Shown: piece by piece, positions 9,284-22,723 of the stretch
Layout: the number at the start of each line of letters is the position of its first letter
Numbering within the stretch: the first letter of the stretch is position 1
Source of the DNA: a virus
Direction: 5' to 3' (one strand)
Length of the DNA stretch: 64,000 bases
Virus record (IMG/VR): IMGVR_UViG_3300021600_000005
Location: 1 to 64,000 of that record
Notes under the pieces: generated by a model
Seen by the model: only the letters and a program-made list of their open reading frames with translations
What the model was told of the DNA's origin: nothing
Databases searched by the model: none
Position numbers and translations under genes: made by a program

Positions 9284-9826
9284 TTATTTTGTTATTCTAG
9301 ATTGCAATAGTGTTGAATAGTATTTAAAAACATCAGAGTCAAATTTATATTTTACCAAGAAATCAACACCATTGGAAAAACTATCTAACGTATCATAGTC
9401 TGGATTATAAACACTTAAAGCATTATAATCAATTGTTTTAAGTAAATTTTTTGCTTTTTCTAAGGTTATTGGGGAGGATTCTCCTGTTATGGCGTTAAGT
9501 GTTAATAATACCTCTACGACACTGAATATTTGATTTGAGATTGTCTTTGGTTTAGTAGATAAAGACGACTTAAAATTTTCTGAGTTCTCTCCAAAAACGT
9601 TTTTTAAAAAGTCTTTATGTGAATACTTGCCAAAGTTATTGGACGGCCAAGTAAAACGGGATATTGATTCTTCATCTTTAAGTTGTGGTAACTTATAGGT
9701 TAAATCGCCAATTTCAAGCCCCTTACTTTGATTACTTAATGGTTTTACATTATCCGTTTGTTCATTAATAACTCGTCTTACTAATCTAATCAAATCAGAC
9801 TCTGTTAATCTTATAATTTTTTTCAT
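9284..9826 (-). CDS. Hypothetical protein with MKKIIRLTESDL leader
   Basis: TATTTAT on the minus strand at 9847-9853. Confidence 0.65.
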   Translation of the reverse strand: MKKIIRLTESDLIRLVRRVINEQTDNVKPLSNQSKGLEIGDLTYKLPQLKDEESISRFTWPSNNFGKYSHKDFLKNVFGENSENFKSSLSTKPKTISNQIFSVVEVLLTLNAITGESSPITLEKAKNLLKTIDYNALSVYNPDYDTLDSFSNGVDFLVKYKFDSDVFKYYSTLLQSRITK

Positions 9827-9899
9827 AATATTATTTTTAATCTATTATAAATATATGATAGAACTAAAATATATAACAATTAAAGAATATTTATATTAA

Positions 9900-10256
9900 A
9901 TGAAATACATTATTAGTGAACATAAACTTGATAAATTAATCTTTGAATTTATTGATGATTTTTTTAAAAAACATAGACAAATTATTGATTCATATATAAT
10001 GTATAATCAAAGCGGATTTTATGAGCATGAAGATTTTGAGGCTACAATTGAATATGACCATGAAGACAAAAGGTTATATATTGACAAAAACTTTGTCATG
10101 TTAATTGCTAACATGTTTGGTCTTACCCCCCAACAGTCTCAATTAAAAATTTACGATTGGTTTACAGTAACCGAAAATATTTTTCCAAAGTATATGGAGT
10201 CACCATATTTAGAAGGGTTTTGGAGACAAAATGCCCCTCGTAGGGATGGGAATTAA
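9900..10256 (+). CDS. Small paralogue (IISE leader; ..NMFGL..IYDWF family)
   Basis: Shares pattern with 11647, 15656, 19731 and the array-bearing family. Confidence 0.55.
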   Translation: MKYIISEHKLDKLIFEFIDDFFKKHRQIIDSYIMYNQSGFYEHEDFEATIEYDHEDKRLYIDKNFVMLIANMFGLTPQQSQLKIYDWFTVTENIFPKYMESPYLEGFWRQNAPRRDGN

Positions 10257-10299
10257 AGTTAATTTATCTTTTTTTTATTAATTAATGTATTTATGTGAT

Positions 10300-11595
10300 A
10301 TGAGAATATTAATTAAAGAAAACCAATATGGGTTATTATTAGAACAATTAAATATTTCTTTGAAGTATAATGATATTGTTGACGCGTCGTCAGGTCCTGG
10401 TACTGACCCGGATAAAATATTAAACGCCCTTAATGACATTAAAGACGTTAAAGAATTTAAAACTTTGTTATCTATGTTTAAAGATAAAAAAACCGGATAT
10501 AAAAGTTTTGAAGAAATGGTTAATCAAGAGTACGATAGGTTTAATTATGATGATATTGTAAAATTAAAAGATAGACTATATTCTTTAGGGGTTATAGTTT
10601 CGTTTAGAAAGGCGGAAAATAATTTTGGTCAAAATTTATTTGCGGGCAATTTTAAAATTCAAAGTTATCTGACACGTACTTCAAAAACATCAGAAATTTC
10701 TAAAAAAAACAATATTTTACATGACAAAGAGTTATATGAAAGATATATTAATACATATGAACCTTTATTATCACAAGCAAAAAAATATTGGATTGATTGG
10801 TTATCTAATCCAATTACTAAAGAAAAATTTATTAAAAATTGGTCAGATAGAAATTATAGTAGTGATGATGTTAATAACATTTTTAAAAATTATTTAAATT
10901 CACTAAATAAACTTAAATTATTTTTTTATGATAAGTCAACAAAAACCATCAACAATGTTGATATTGATGACCGTGAAAAAGGAGCTTATGCGTTTGTAGA
11001 TAAAGAGTCACCAAATAATGTTTATATTAATTGTTTCTTGAGTAAGAAAGATGATGACAAATTAGGAACAATGATTCACGAAATTCAACATTTAATTTAT
11101 TTTATACACCCATTAAATCCTGACGTTAAAGTTGGAGAGTTATTTGTTAATAAAAATACTAAAAAAATAGAACCTTTTGATTTTTTTAATAATTTTAGTA
11201 CGGTTTATAATAATAATCATAAAATGAATTATAGTTTGTCCCAAAACATTATAAACACCTCCAAAATTTATAATGTTGATTCTAAAATATTGCAAAATTT
11301 ACTTGTTGTTGCAACCAAAAATGAAAAAAACGGCCCAGGGTATTCTTGTAATGAAAATGAAAAAATGTCTAATATTAGTGCAATAAGAAAATTGTTTAAT
11401 ATTAAACCAGGACAAGACATAACAGTAAAAATGTTGACACCATATATTAAAGGTCAAAAAAAAGATTTAAATGTTTCTTGGTTATTAATTTGTTGGGCTT
11501 TAAAGGATTTCCCAGATATCTCTGAATTGGTTAATAAAATAAACCAATTGGCTTACCAAGATTTTCAAAAACAAAATAATACAAAACTTGTATAA
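10300..11595 (+). CDS. HExxH putative metallopeptidase with annexin-repeat-like N-terminal motif
   Basis: ASSGPGTDPDKIL resembles annexin GxGTDE; TMIHEIQH...Y...NEK. Confidence 0.5.
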   Translation: MRILIKENQYGLLLEQLNISLKYNDIVDASSGPGTDPDKILNALNDIKDVKEFKTLLSMFKDKKTGYKSFEEMVNQEYDRFNYDDIVKLKDRLYSLGVIVSFRKAENNFGQNLFAGNFKIQSYLTRTSKTSEISKKNNILHDKELYERYINTYEPLLSQAKKYWIDWLSNPITKEKFIKNWSDRNYSSDDVNNIFKNYLNSLNKLKLFFYDKSTKTINNVDIDDREKGAYAFVDKESPNNVYINCFLSKKDDDKLGTMIHEIQHLIYFIHPLNPDVKVGELFVNKNTKKIEPFDFFNNFSTVYNNNHKMNYSLSQNIINTSKIYNVDSKILQNLLVVATKNEKNGPGYSCNENEKMSNISAIRKLFNIKPGQDITVKMLTPYIKGQKKDLNVSWLLICWALKDFPDISELVNKINQLAYQDFQKQNNTKLV

Positions 11596-11646
11596 CTAAC
11601 TTTTGACTCAACCCCTTTTTTTTATTAATTACCATATTTATGTAAT

Positions 11647-13238
11647 ATGAAATTTATAATAACCGAATCTAGGATAGACCAAATTATTGTTAACTATTTG
11701 GATGAAAATTTTATTCCTAATTATGGTTGGGCAACTATTGATTATTATAGAAGTCAAGTTGCAAAGTGGAATAATTATAATTTTTTAATTGAGGACGATG
11801 AAGCGTATGCGTATTATAGGGAATATGATGGAAATCAAAACGTTTTGGCTGTAAACGATTGGTTAACAGATAAATTAACAGCTTTATTTGGTAATAAGTG
11901 GCCACCAGTTTTTAAAGACTGGTTTGAAGATGCTACCAGTCTTAAGGTTAAAACATTTTTATATGAAAGGGAACATTTTATTAATAACGATAACGATACA
12001 AGTTTTTCATAATTTTTAATATGATTATAAAATATTTATAAAAATGGATTTAGAACTACTAACAAAAGAACAAATAAGGGGAATTCAATTAGCTCTTAAA
12101 GCTTGTAGTAAGGAGTATCCATTTATTAAAGGATTCTTTTTAGAAAAAGATAATGTCAATTATAAAACCGTTTTATTTATTGTGTTATTAGTTGATTATG
12201 AACTTGTGTCAAAGTTTTATAATCGTGAAATAAATTACAGAGGGTATCTCAGGAATACAGACACGTATAACACATTTGGAATCCCATTTGAATGGGGGGA
12301 ACCAAGTACTAAAGAATATAAATTTAATCTTGATTTTTGGTCAAATGAAAAAAGTAAAGTTCAAGATTTATTAGAATTGTTTATAAACGCGTTACCAGAA
12401 AAATATAAATGCTCTACTGGTTCACTGAGGGTCACCATACCACATATCCAAGGGTATTGTCAAATTGGAACTCCATGTGTTGACAATAATATTGATGACG
12501 TGTATGGAAAAGTTTTTTTATTGGGGAAAGATTAATATGAAACTACGAGAATCCATAAAAAGAATAATAAGGGAAGAAAAAAATGTATCCCCAAGACTTT
12601 TGAGAAGAATTTCTGGGAATGACTTGGAACAAATTTTTATTAATTGTTATTATGAAGCATTAAAGGATGTGGTTCATGAGAAATTCTATTATGAAACCAA
12701 TAGATTGGTTCGGCTTATAAATAGGACAATAAGTTATATGATGGATGAGTTTCACCCTATGTTATATAATACAATACCTGAAGGAGAAATGTGGTATGAT
12801 GAAATACATAATGGATTAGAACGCCACTATAAAGGTCGAATAATTAATTTGTATAATAACAAGACCCCCCGTTCTGACTTTAATTATTAAACAAGAGGTA
12901 TATTTATTATCATGAACATAATAATCACAGAAAGACAAGTTAAGTTAATAATGGAGAGTTCTCCTTCAGCTAGACTTCGTAGAAGATTGTTTGACAAAAA
13001 TTTTCTTCAAGACTTTTTAGATTACGATATTTTAGAATATGAAAATCCTTGTGATTGGGATAATGTTGGAGAATTTGTTGGAGATGTTTGTGATACTCTG
13101 GCAATCCAAACTATTGATTATTTTACAGAACAAACAGGAGAAAAATTATCACCAAAAGAATCTGATTATTTTTATTATTATTGTCTTGATAACTTTGGTA
13201 AGCACATTGAAACTTTTTACAAAAAAAAATGTGCGTAA
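11647..13238 (+). CDS. Four small hypothetical proteins (11647-12012, 12044-12535, 12537-12890, 12912-13238)
   Basis: Tandem ORFs, most with ITE/LRE leaders and upstream TATTTAT. Confidence 0.55.
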
Positions 13239-13287
13239 TATGTAAATATTAATTTACTTATTTAAATAAAAAACGTATTATTGGAAT

Positions 13288-13644
13288 ATGAAAAAATATC
13301 TTACACTTAAAAACTTGGGATGGGTGTTAACCGCCTTAGTAACGATTATGATGGGAATGTCTGGAGTTTCTAAATTAATGGGAACCGAAGAGATGATTAA
13401 AAACTTTACATACATGAACCTTTTACCTTACCTTGCTTTGTTTGGGGTCTTGGAACTTGCTGGTGTTGTAATGTTAATAATCCCTAAAACGTCTAAGTAT
13501 GGTGCAGTATTACTTTCTTCTTATTTGTCTGGTGCGGTGGCAATCCACTTGAGTATGATGGGAGGAACTGGAATAATGGTACCATTCCTAATTGGTTTGA
13601 TTGTATGGGGAGCCCATTGTTTGAGAACTTATAGTATCAAATAA
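13288..13644 (+). CDS. DoxX-family membrane protein
   Basis: Four hydrophobic segments; SGVSKL, GVLELAG..LIIPKT...GA...YL.GAV..H. Confidence 0.8.
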   Translation: MKKYLTLKNLGWVLTALVTIMMGMSGVSKLMGTEEMIKNFTYMNLLPYLALFGVLELAGVVMLIIPKTSKYGAVLLSSYLSGAVAIHLSMMGGTGIMVPFLIGLIVWGAHCLRTYSIK

Positions 13645-13736
13645 TACCCATAACAAAACATTAAACCCTCCATCTTTAATTAGTTGGGGGGTTTATTTTT
13701 TTTCAAACCTTTTTACCCTATTGTATATTTATAATT

Positions 13737-16030
13737 GTGAAAATATTAATAACTGAATCACAAAATAATTTTTTATGGTTACGTAGAAGATTAAAAGATT
13801 CTGACCTCATGGACCATTTAAGAGAAATTGTGGTGGAAGGTTTTGATTATTCATTCCCATGTGATTATGTTAATGATATTAATAACCCTCTTGAACGTTA
13901 TGATGAGTATTTATCGGATTTAACAACTGGGTCAATATGGACCTTTTATTATTCATATGATGAACTTTATAGTTCCGGAGACAACTTAAAAAAACTTGAA
14001 TTATTTTTATTTAATTTAATTAAAACACGGTTTGGGAAATTAATAAAAACTAATTTTTTAGATTCTATTGAAGAGTGCTAAGAAAAAAAATAATTATTTT
14101 ATGAAAATTATAATTAACGAACAACAATACCAACAATTATTTGAATCCGATTCTAAAAAAATAGAGTTTTATCAATCATATGTTAATAATTCGTTAAAAA
14201 ATATAATTAATAACTGTGAAAAGGAAGAGCGTTATTATTATAATAATATATGTGATTATGTTAGCTCAATTAACAATATTAAAGTTGTGAGTGTCACAAA
14301 ATCCAGTATAAGTCCTACAACTAAAAAACCATTAATTAATGTTAAAACTCCAATCGTTATTGATATTATGATTAATTATGAATCTATTGTAGATTTATCT
14401 TTTGATGATTTCACACATCAATTAAGGTATGAGATATCTCATCTTTTTGGAAGTATGCCCACAAATAGACCTAATTTTAATATTATTTATCAAAGTAATA
14501 ATCTTAATAAAAATCATAATTGGTAATGAAATATGTTTTAACAGATAAACAGAAAAACGCATTATATTGGGTTATTGATAATTTAATAAAATCAACATTT
14601 CAAAGTATTATTGAAGATTCTGAAGAATGGGGGCTTGGAGAAATGCATGAATTTGAATTAGTTAATTCAATACAGGACATAAAAATAAATAGAATTGTTA
14701 CTCATACTAATATTAAAGTTTATGTTGACATATACACTCCAATGGCTAATGTATTTGAACGAGAAGATTATTTTGAAATTATTTCAGAATATACTTATCG
14801 AATTTCTGAAACTATACCTAATGTACAAATAATTATAAATGACATTATTTTAGATGAACATAATTAATTTTAAAAAAAAATGAAATACCTTATAACTGAG
14901 AATAGAGTAAATGAAACTATTAAAAAATATATTATGACAATGTACCCAATTGTTTATGATGTTAAGTTTAATATTGTCAAAAAAGTTTTAGGGTTCAGTG
15001 AAGGGATGCCGGTAGTTGAAAAAACAGTTATTGTTGTTATTTTTAATGATTCAAATAATGACCTTAATACTGATTTATTGTATTCGACACGTGAGGAAAT
15101 TATAAATTTAGTAGACACAACATTTAATTTAGAACATAGGTTATATGGTAGTAACTGGGATTTTAAATTTTTTAAATTATCTGTTGTTCAACTTGGGACA
15201 TTAACTGCTGGAGATAAAGGTTATCTAAAATAGATTAGACAATCTATAGTTCTATTTCACAATCTTTTTTTAATATTCCTTTTAAATTACCTTCATGGTT
15301 TACATAATAATCTCTAACACATATTGAGTCAATCGTAAACAATTCTCCAATATTATTACAATACCAATAATTTTCACTTTGACATGTGACTACCCTGATT
15401 TTTATTTTTTCATTCCAAAAATTTCTTTGTTCGTATAACATAAATAATAATATTAAATATTGGATTAAAATCAATTTTTTTAATACATTTATATTAATTA
15501 AAATTAATACATAAATGGAAAAAAATAATGATAAAAAACCAGTTTTGGCTGAAGTGTTAATAATGGGATTGTGTTTGGTAATAGTCATGTGCGTTTCATT
15601 TTTTATTATTTATTTACTTCGCAATAATGTGGACATGTAGATATATTTATGGAAGATGAAATATATTATAAATGAAAAAAAATACGATTTAATTTTTAAA
15701 GAATATTTAAACGATATGTTTTCTAATTTTAAAATTAGTATTTTTTTAAAACCAAAAACATCAAAAAATCCATTAAAAAATGGCAGAATTGATTTTAAAC
15801 TTAACGGTAAATTAAAAGCAACTGTATTTTTTTCAAACGATAATTTTATTAATGAAATAATGATTGAGGATAAAATTTACGATGGGATTTTTAATTTTTT
15901 TTCCATGTCAAATTACTACGACATTCAAAAACATTTACTAATGTGGTTTAAAGGTTTTAATATTTTAGAAAATTATAATTTTGATTTATTATCAAGTATT
16001 AATATATTTGATAATGAAGAATACGTTTAG
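13737..16030 (+). CDS. Run of small ITE/INE-leader hypothetical proteins (13737-14081, 14101-14526, 14526-14867, 14880-15233, 15656-16030)
   Basis: Tandem ORFs with shared leader. Confidence 0.55.
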
Positions 16031-16059
16031 TTCAGTTTTTAATCGTATATTTGTAAAAT

Positions 16060-16536
16060 ATGAAAATATCCGAAAAAAAAATAATCCAAATTGAGGAAAC
16101 CTTAAAAGATTTTAAATCTTTAATACCAAGGTTTAAAGAAATTAAAGATAATCCTATTTTACTTAAAATGTTTTGCTCTAGAAATAGAAATCCTTTATAT
16201 GATATAACTAGTATTTCTTATTTTAAAACAGGTTTAGTTTCTGAGGGATTAATAAAGAGCGGAGGTAAAGGGGTTGATGACCATTACATTCAAAGAGCTT
16301 TCTCTACGAAGATTATCTTTAATTTGTTATGTGAAAACCCCAACATGGGAGTTGATGAATTTATTTTATTAATTAAAAAATACTCATCAACAATTTCAAT
16401 AACAAAAGACGAACACAAAAAAATAACATTGTTAACTAGAAATACTAGTGAAATTAATTATCATGTTTATGATAAAATTGGAATTTTAGTTCCAGGTCTT
16501 TTAGAACATATGAACGTTAAATTACACACAAATTAA
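16060..16536 (+). CDS. Hypothetical protein, possible degenerate HNH-like fold
   Basis: VDDHYIQR...ITKDEHKK; host-type promoter TATATTTG at 16046-16053. Confidence 0.4.
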   Translation: MKISEKKIIQIEETLKDFKSLIPRFKEIKDNPILLKMFCSRNRNPLYDITSISYFKTGLVSEGLIKSGGKGVDDHYIQRAFSTKIIFNLLCENPNMGVDEFILLIKKYSSTISITKDEHKKITLLTRNTSEINYHVYDKIGILVPGLLEHMNVKLHTN

Positions 16537-16593
16537 AAAATTAACTTTATTCTTATTAAAAAGTTGATTATACTTATATAAAACAAATATCAT

Positions 16594-17667
16594 ATGAAAA
16601 AAACAATTTTAATTTTCTTGTTAGCGGCGTCATTAGTTACGTCAGCACAAGACGGAACTTCAGTTAGTAGTACTAACTCAAGTGATAAAATAAAAGAATA
16701 TGTTACATTAGTCTCTGACGCGATTAATAATGGGCATGTCGGTGATTCTCATTTAATCTCATTAGAAAGTGAAATTAAATGTCTTTTAACTGAAGACCAA
16801 GTTATGACTGTTGATATTAACTTATCACGACCAAATGTTCGTCAATCACTTTGTCATAACGAATGGCCTGAAGTTATTACAATCTCTAAAGACGATTTGA
16901 ATAAATTCGGTTCAAGTTACCAAACTTACCAAAAAAAATTCCCAAGTACGTCTTCGTCTAAAGGAAGCACTAGTCCGGTAAAAACTCAAACTACTCGTTA
17001 ATTAAATTAAAAACTTGGTCTATTAACATATAGGCTAAGTTTTTTTATTTGTTATAATATGAAACTAATATCGATTTTATTAATTTTATTAACAAGTTGC
17101 ACGATTTCACGACTAACTACAGATGAGTTAATAAATTGGCAAGTTGAAAAAGATACAATATTTTATCAAAACAAGCCCGTTGCAAAAATAGTTGTTTATT
17201 CAAAAGCGTCTTTAATTCCTATAAACAGTACATGTGACCGTTCAAAAGATTATAAAAATAAAGAACAATACGAATTAATTCATGGAATTAACGCATTAGA
17301 AACTTTAATAGTCCGAATTAATAAAGAAGTTGAAATGACTAAATTATTAAAAAAATTTACAGATACCAAATATAAAGAACTTAATTATTATAGATAAATT
17401 ATGACAACAACAAAACAAATTATTATACTTGGAGCCGCCATAGTACTTTCAAGTTCATTTATGTGGATACCACGATTTCAACCAGTAAATATAAACACCC
17501 CTAACACAACAAAAAAAGATGTGTGTGTGGATTTAATAGATTCGTTAACTGAAATTATTGTTGACCAAAAAGACCAAATACATTTTTTAAGAGACGAACT
17601 TCAATATAAAGAATCTGAGATTAGTTATTGGGGACACAAATACGATTCAATTAAAGTAATAAAATAA
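16594..17667 (+). CDS. Three secreted, lipo- or membrane-protein ORFs (16594-17001, 17059-17397, 17401-17667)
   Basis: Signal peptide ...TSA-Q; lipobox LLTSC; N-terminal TM plus coiled coil. Confidence 0.5.
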
Positions 17668-18365
17668 TGAACGATTCGATTTGTTTAGTAATTGCACATG
17701 CCAATACAAATTATAGAAAAAGGTTATTAAATGAATGTTTAAATTCTATTAATACTCCAATTGTTTTATCTACAAATTATCCGGTTAACGAAGAAACTCA
17801 ACAATTATGTGATAATTATCTTTATAATAAAAATAACCCTTTATTATATAAAGAAGATTATGACAAATATAACGTAATTTATAATTATTGGAAGTTAGAC
17901 AGTAATGGAGATAAAGTAACAATACCATTTGAATTTGAACACGGTTATGCTGTTTATTGTTTAATAAAAGATGGATTAGACCTTATAGAAAAACTAGGTT
18001 ATAAAAAAGTCCATATAATAAACTATGATTATCAAATTTCAAGTGATACCCTTAATGATAATTCAAAATCTTTAGATGATTTTGATATGGTTGTTTATGA
18101 GTACGATAAACAAATTTATGGGGTTAATAGTTATTGTTCTGGTTTTATTTCATCAAAATTAGAACATATATTACCATTTTTTAGCCAATTTAAAGATTTA
18201 GAATCTTATTATACCTCAGGTGAGTATTTTACTCTTTTAGAAATAAAATTAAAAAAATATTTAGACCTCCAAAATTTAAATATTTCTAAAAAGTTATTTG
18301 ATAATTTACAAGAAAACAACAAATTAAATCAAGAAGGTCTTCTTGAATTTTCAAAAGAAAAATAA
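17667..18365 (+). CDS. Glycosyltransferase-like protein
   Basis: VIAHA..., LSTNYP, HGYAV...G...GYKKVHIINYD pattern. Confidence 0.4.
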   Translation: MNDSICLVIAHANTNYRKRLLNECLNSINTPIVLSTNYPVNEETQQLCDNYLYNKNNPLLYKEDYDKYNVIYNYWKLDSNGDKVTIPFEFEHGYAVYCLIKDGLDLIEKLGYKKVHIINYDYQISSDTLNDNSKSLDDFDMVVYEYDKQIYGVNSYCSGFISSKLEHILPFFSQFKDLESYYTSGEYFTLLEIKLKKYLDLQNLNISKKLFDNLQENNKLNQEGLLEFSKEK

Positions 18366-18602
18366 AAAAATATAAATAAAAAAAACTTATGAACGACGAA
18401 CAAAAATCAGTAATATACGAACAATTGTTGTCTCAACACGACAACGTTTCAAATCAAATCTCCGCAATTAAAGGGGAGGATATTAATTTAAATGAATCTC
18501 AAGAAAATCGAATTAATGTTTTAAAAACAAAACAAATAGATATAATGAGACAAATGCAAAAATTAGTAGGACAATAACTATTTTTATTGGTATTTATTGG
18601 AT

Positions 18603-20153
18603 ATGAAAATAATAATATCCGAAAATAAGTTTTCTAAAATCGCAATAGAACTTCTTAATACTTATGGGTATGTTGGTGCCGCTAAATTAACAAGCAAATC
18701 GCTTTGTGAATTTTTATTATCAATTAAAACTCCAATAAATATTGATTCGGATATGGCACATTCTTTCATTATATCAGCGTTTATAGATGGTGAATTACAA
18801 AACCAAATGGGGGATTTTAAATTACATTATGACAATTTTGAAGGTGTTTTATATTGGTTTTATGAAAACGATAACTTAAATGGTCCTGAATCAGGTTTAA
18901 AATTACCTTATTCTAAATATCATGAAAGAATGGTATCTATGTGTACACCTTTTTGGGATGGTATGTTTATTATTCCAGTGGAAAGTAGTTTTTATCGCAA
19001 TCGTAATTTTAAATCTGAAGAAGATTATTTAGACTCTATTGAATTGAGAAGTAAATTAATAGGTAAAGAAAGTTATACATATTTTAATTCTGGGAACGAA
19101 ATTATAACATGGTTTAATGATTTTTATATTCCTAATGTTTATGATATATTATTAAACACTCATTTACCTAAATACCGATTACTTTATAAGAAATCAGGTT
19201 TAAACGAATCAATTAATTATAATGAACACAAATCTAATAACTGATATACAAAAAAATGGATTGGACCTTGTTTTTAAATACATAAAAAAAACAAACCCTT
19301 TTGTTGTGTCATACAGAATATCAAAAGATAATAAAGACAGTTATAGATACTCGTTATATTTAGAATATGGTGTTGATTATGAAATATTAAGACAAATGTA
19401 TAATCAAGAATGGGCGAGTGAGTCTCATAAAAAAGATTACTATAATAATACTATGAAGGATTATTCGTTTATTGGAAATCCGTTTTATCCTCATCATCTT
19501 AATAATAAAACTGAGGAATATGAAAAATATTTTAACGATTTTTTTTATTTAAAAAAAAATATAGAAGCGGAAATGAATGAATTCTATAGAGAAATTCCGG
19601 ATGAAAAACAAATATTTGTAATAAGAGACAAATATTATAATGACATTGAACCTTTTAATTTGGTTACTTTATCTATTGATAATTTTTATTCGGATAAAAA
19701 AGTTAATAAATAACATTATAAATTAATTTTATGAAATTTATTATAAATGAAAATAATTTAATAAAAGGGTTTAATAATTATATGGATTATGAGCTTAGTA
19801 AATTATTAAAATTTAATCGTATCCCTACTCGACCATCAAGTATTTTTTTTTACGATAAACACAGCGGTGAAATAATTTTTGAAATTGATAATTCAAAAAA
19901 AACAAAACGAACTTTTTTTATAATTAATTGGGGGTTTTTTGAAACCCTTAATAATATGTTTCCTTATAATTCACCTGGTCTTGGTAAAATCGGAGTTGAT
20001 TCTAAAAAATTATTGATTAATTGGGCTAAAGAAAAATTAAGTGATTTAATTTTTTATGATGATGTTATTTTTGATTTCGACGAATATGATATGACTTCAA
20101 ATTCAATTTTTGATATGGCTCATATACAAGGTGTTGATTTAAACAATAATTAA
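18603..20153 (+). CDS. Three hypothetical proteins (18603-19244, 19222-19713, 19731-20153)
   Basis: ISE/INE leaders; 19222 resembles 12044. Confidence 0.5.
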
Positions 20154-21993
20154 TATTAAAAAACTTATTGTATTTTTATTAAATTTTAAAACTATTGCGG
20201 TATTTATTGTTATGTCAATAAAGTCCCAATATTCTAAATTATTAAACGATATTGTTTTAGTTAAAAACAAAGAAGAATTTGAAAATATTAAGGATGAGGT
20301 GAAAGATTTTGTTGAAAAAAACCAAGACAATGAAGAGTTACGGAGTTCTTTAAAAAATTTAAATCAGTTGGTTAAACTTATGGGGGTTAAGATAAATAAT
20401 AAAAGAAAATTACAGTTTGAATGTAATAATGTTTTAATAACCCAAGACCAATTAAAAATGGTTGTCGAAAACCTATCTGGAAAAACAACTCCAAGCACTC
20501 CTTTTTAATTAAAAATTTTATTGATTAAATCAATAATTTAGATTACATTTGTTTATGAAAAAACTTGTAATTTTATTTTTAATTGTTTTATTTTCTTGTG
20601 GTCAAAATAATAAAATTGAGCCTGGAGATATTGTCCAAAAATGTGTAATTGTTTCTAAAAAAAACAAACTCCCACAATCAACTATTGAGTTTGATGTTAA
20701 ATGGGTCTACACGACAGATTGCGGATTTTCGTTATTTACATTAGACGAAAAATCTTACGAAATTGGTGACACTATTATTTACGTAATTAAAAAAAAGGTA
20801 AAAGAATAATATGAAAAAAATTATAACAAAAATACAATTTAAAATTACTGATTGGTTATATCGTAAAAGAATTATTTTCCCTCAATTATTAGAAAATAAG
20901 AACATTCATGTTTTAGATACGGTAACTTTAGATAATGTTTATCTTGAATATGTTAGTCAAACTACTAAAGAAATAAACGAATTAAAAATGTACGGTTCGG
21001 TTTTAAATAGAAATGATTTTGTTAATGAATTAACAAATGATAAAAGATTTGCAAACAAATGGTTAAAGTAAGTTATGGAAAATAAAAAATGGTCAAGAGA
21101 AGATGCCGAACAAAATAAAAACAAAATACTTGAAGAGTTAAAAGAATTGCCCACATCAGAAAGTAATTTAGAATGGGTGACAAAAGAACTTATTCAACTT
21201 ATTGATGAAGAAGAATTAAGGCAAGAAATGTTTTCAATTCCAAAAAATCTAATTATAAATACCCCAAATGATTCTGAGTTAGGAGAAAAAGTTAGGGCTT
21301 ATTACAACAAACTTTAAAAAATATGAAAACAAAAATAAAACAAATTTTAATAAAATTAGAACAGTGGTTTAATAAACATTGCGCCTGGTTTTTTACTAAC
21401 GGGAATAAAATATGAAAAACATATTAATATTCGTAATGTTATTATTAAGTTTAACAACGTCATCGCAAACCAAACATATGGATTCTGTTGATTGTGTAAG
21501 AACAATTAACATGTATAAAAAATTAGAAGTTAAGTTACAAAATAATATAAATTATCAGAATACCAATTTAAAATTAAAGTTGAGCGAAATTGATTTATTA
21601 AATGAAAGTATTATAAACAAAAACAAACGACTTAAACGACAAAGAATATGTATGTGGACTTCAATCACGGCTAATTTTGTGTTAGGTTATTTTATTGTGA
21701 TAAAAAAATGATAAATGAAATTAAACTTGATTCAGATGTTTTATTGTTTAAATATTATATAATTAGGGACAATAAATTAAATTATACTGATAATTTAAAC
21801 GATGTTTTTATTGATGAAAAATATTGTCATTTTTATAAATCACCTTCAATCCCACATGAGTTAATTTTATTTTTACATAGTAAAACTAACGAAAGTTTAA
21901 AAAACTTTGATTCAGATATAAATAAAATTATTAGTCCGGATTATCCTACACTGGAAAATATTTTTAATTTAATAAAATAAAAAAGTTTATTGT

Positions 21994-22305
21994 ATGTCTA
22001 AAAAATATTTAAAAATAATTAAAGAATATAAAGATGCTACCTTTCATGAAATTTGGGAAGGGGTTAGAGATAATTTTATTTTTGGGTTCTTAGGTGCTAT
22101 TTTAGTTGTTTTTATTGCCACTAAAACAGATTTTGCGGTATTAGTTGGGTATTTGTGTTATTATTTATACATGGGTAAAATAGTTAACCGTCCCAAGTAT
22201 ATTACTAGTTTGGGACGATTAATAGTATTTCCATTCCCATCCGCATTTGGCGCTTTTACTGGATATAAATTATCATATTTTTTTATTGAATTTATTAGTA
22301 AATAA
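21994..22305 (+). CDS. Membrane protein
   Basis: Three hydrophobic segments. Confidence 0.55.
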   Translation: MSKKYLKIIKEYKDATFHEIWEGVRDNFIFGFLGAILVVFIATKTDFAVLVGYLCYYLYMGKIVNRPKYITSLGRLIVFPFPSAFGAFTGYKLSYFFIEFISK

Positions 22306-22327
22306 TTTTTTTATTATTTAACTATTT

Positions 22328-22723
22328 ATGAGAATGAAAGTTGAGGTTAATTATATTAATTCAGGTATACCTGAGAAAGATTACCCAATCGTAAATAAAT
22401 TTATATCGTTTCTTCAAGAAAAATACCCACTTAATAATGATTTAAAAATCATATTTTTAGGTGAAAGAACAAATAATATGACTACAGGTTCTAGAAATTC
22501 TAAACACGTCATTAAAGTTTTATCTAAAAATAGGATTAAAAGAGACATATTTAGAACAATTGCTCATGAATGGGTTCACGAATATGAATGTGATGTTCTA
22601 GATATTAAACATACAAGTGATATTGGAGGTAAAAATGAAAATATCGCTAACGCTCAATCCGGAATTGCAATTAAAACATTTGAAAAGTTATTTCCTAAAC
22701 TTGAAAAACATTTATATCAATAA
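22328..22723 (+). CDS. HExxH putative metallopeptidase
   Basis: RTIAHEWVH...ENIANA. Confidence 0.55.
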   Translation: MRMKVEVNYINSGIPEKDYPIVNKFISFLQEKYPLNNDLKIIFLGERTNNMTTGSRNSKHVIKVLSKNRIKRDIFRTIAHEWVHEYECDVLDIKHTSDIGGKNENIANAQSGIAIKTFEKLFPKLEKHLYQ

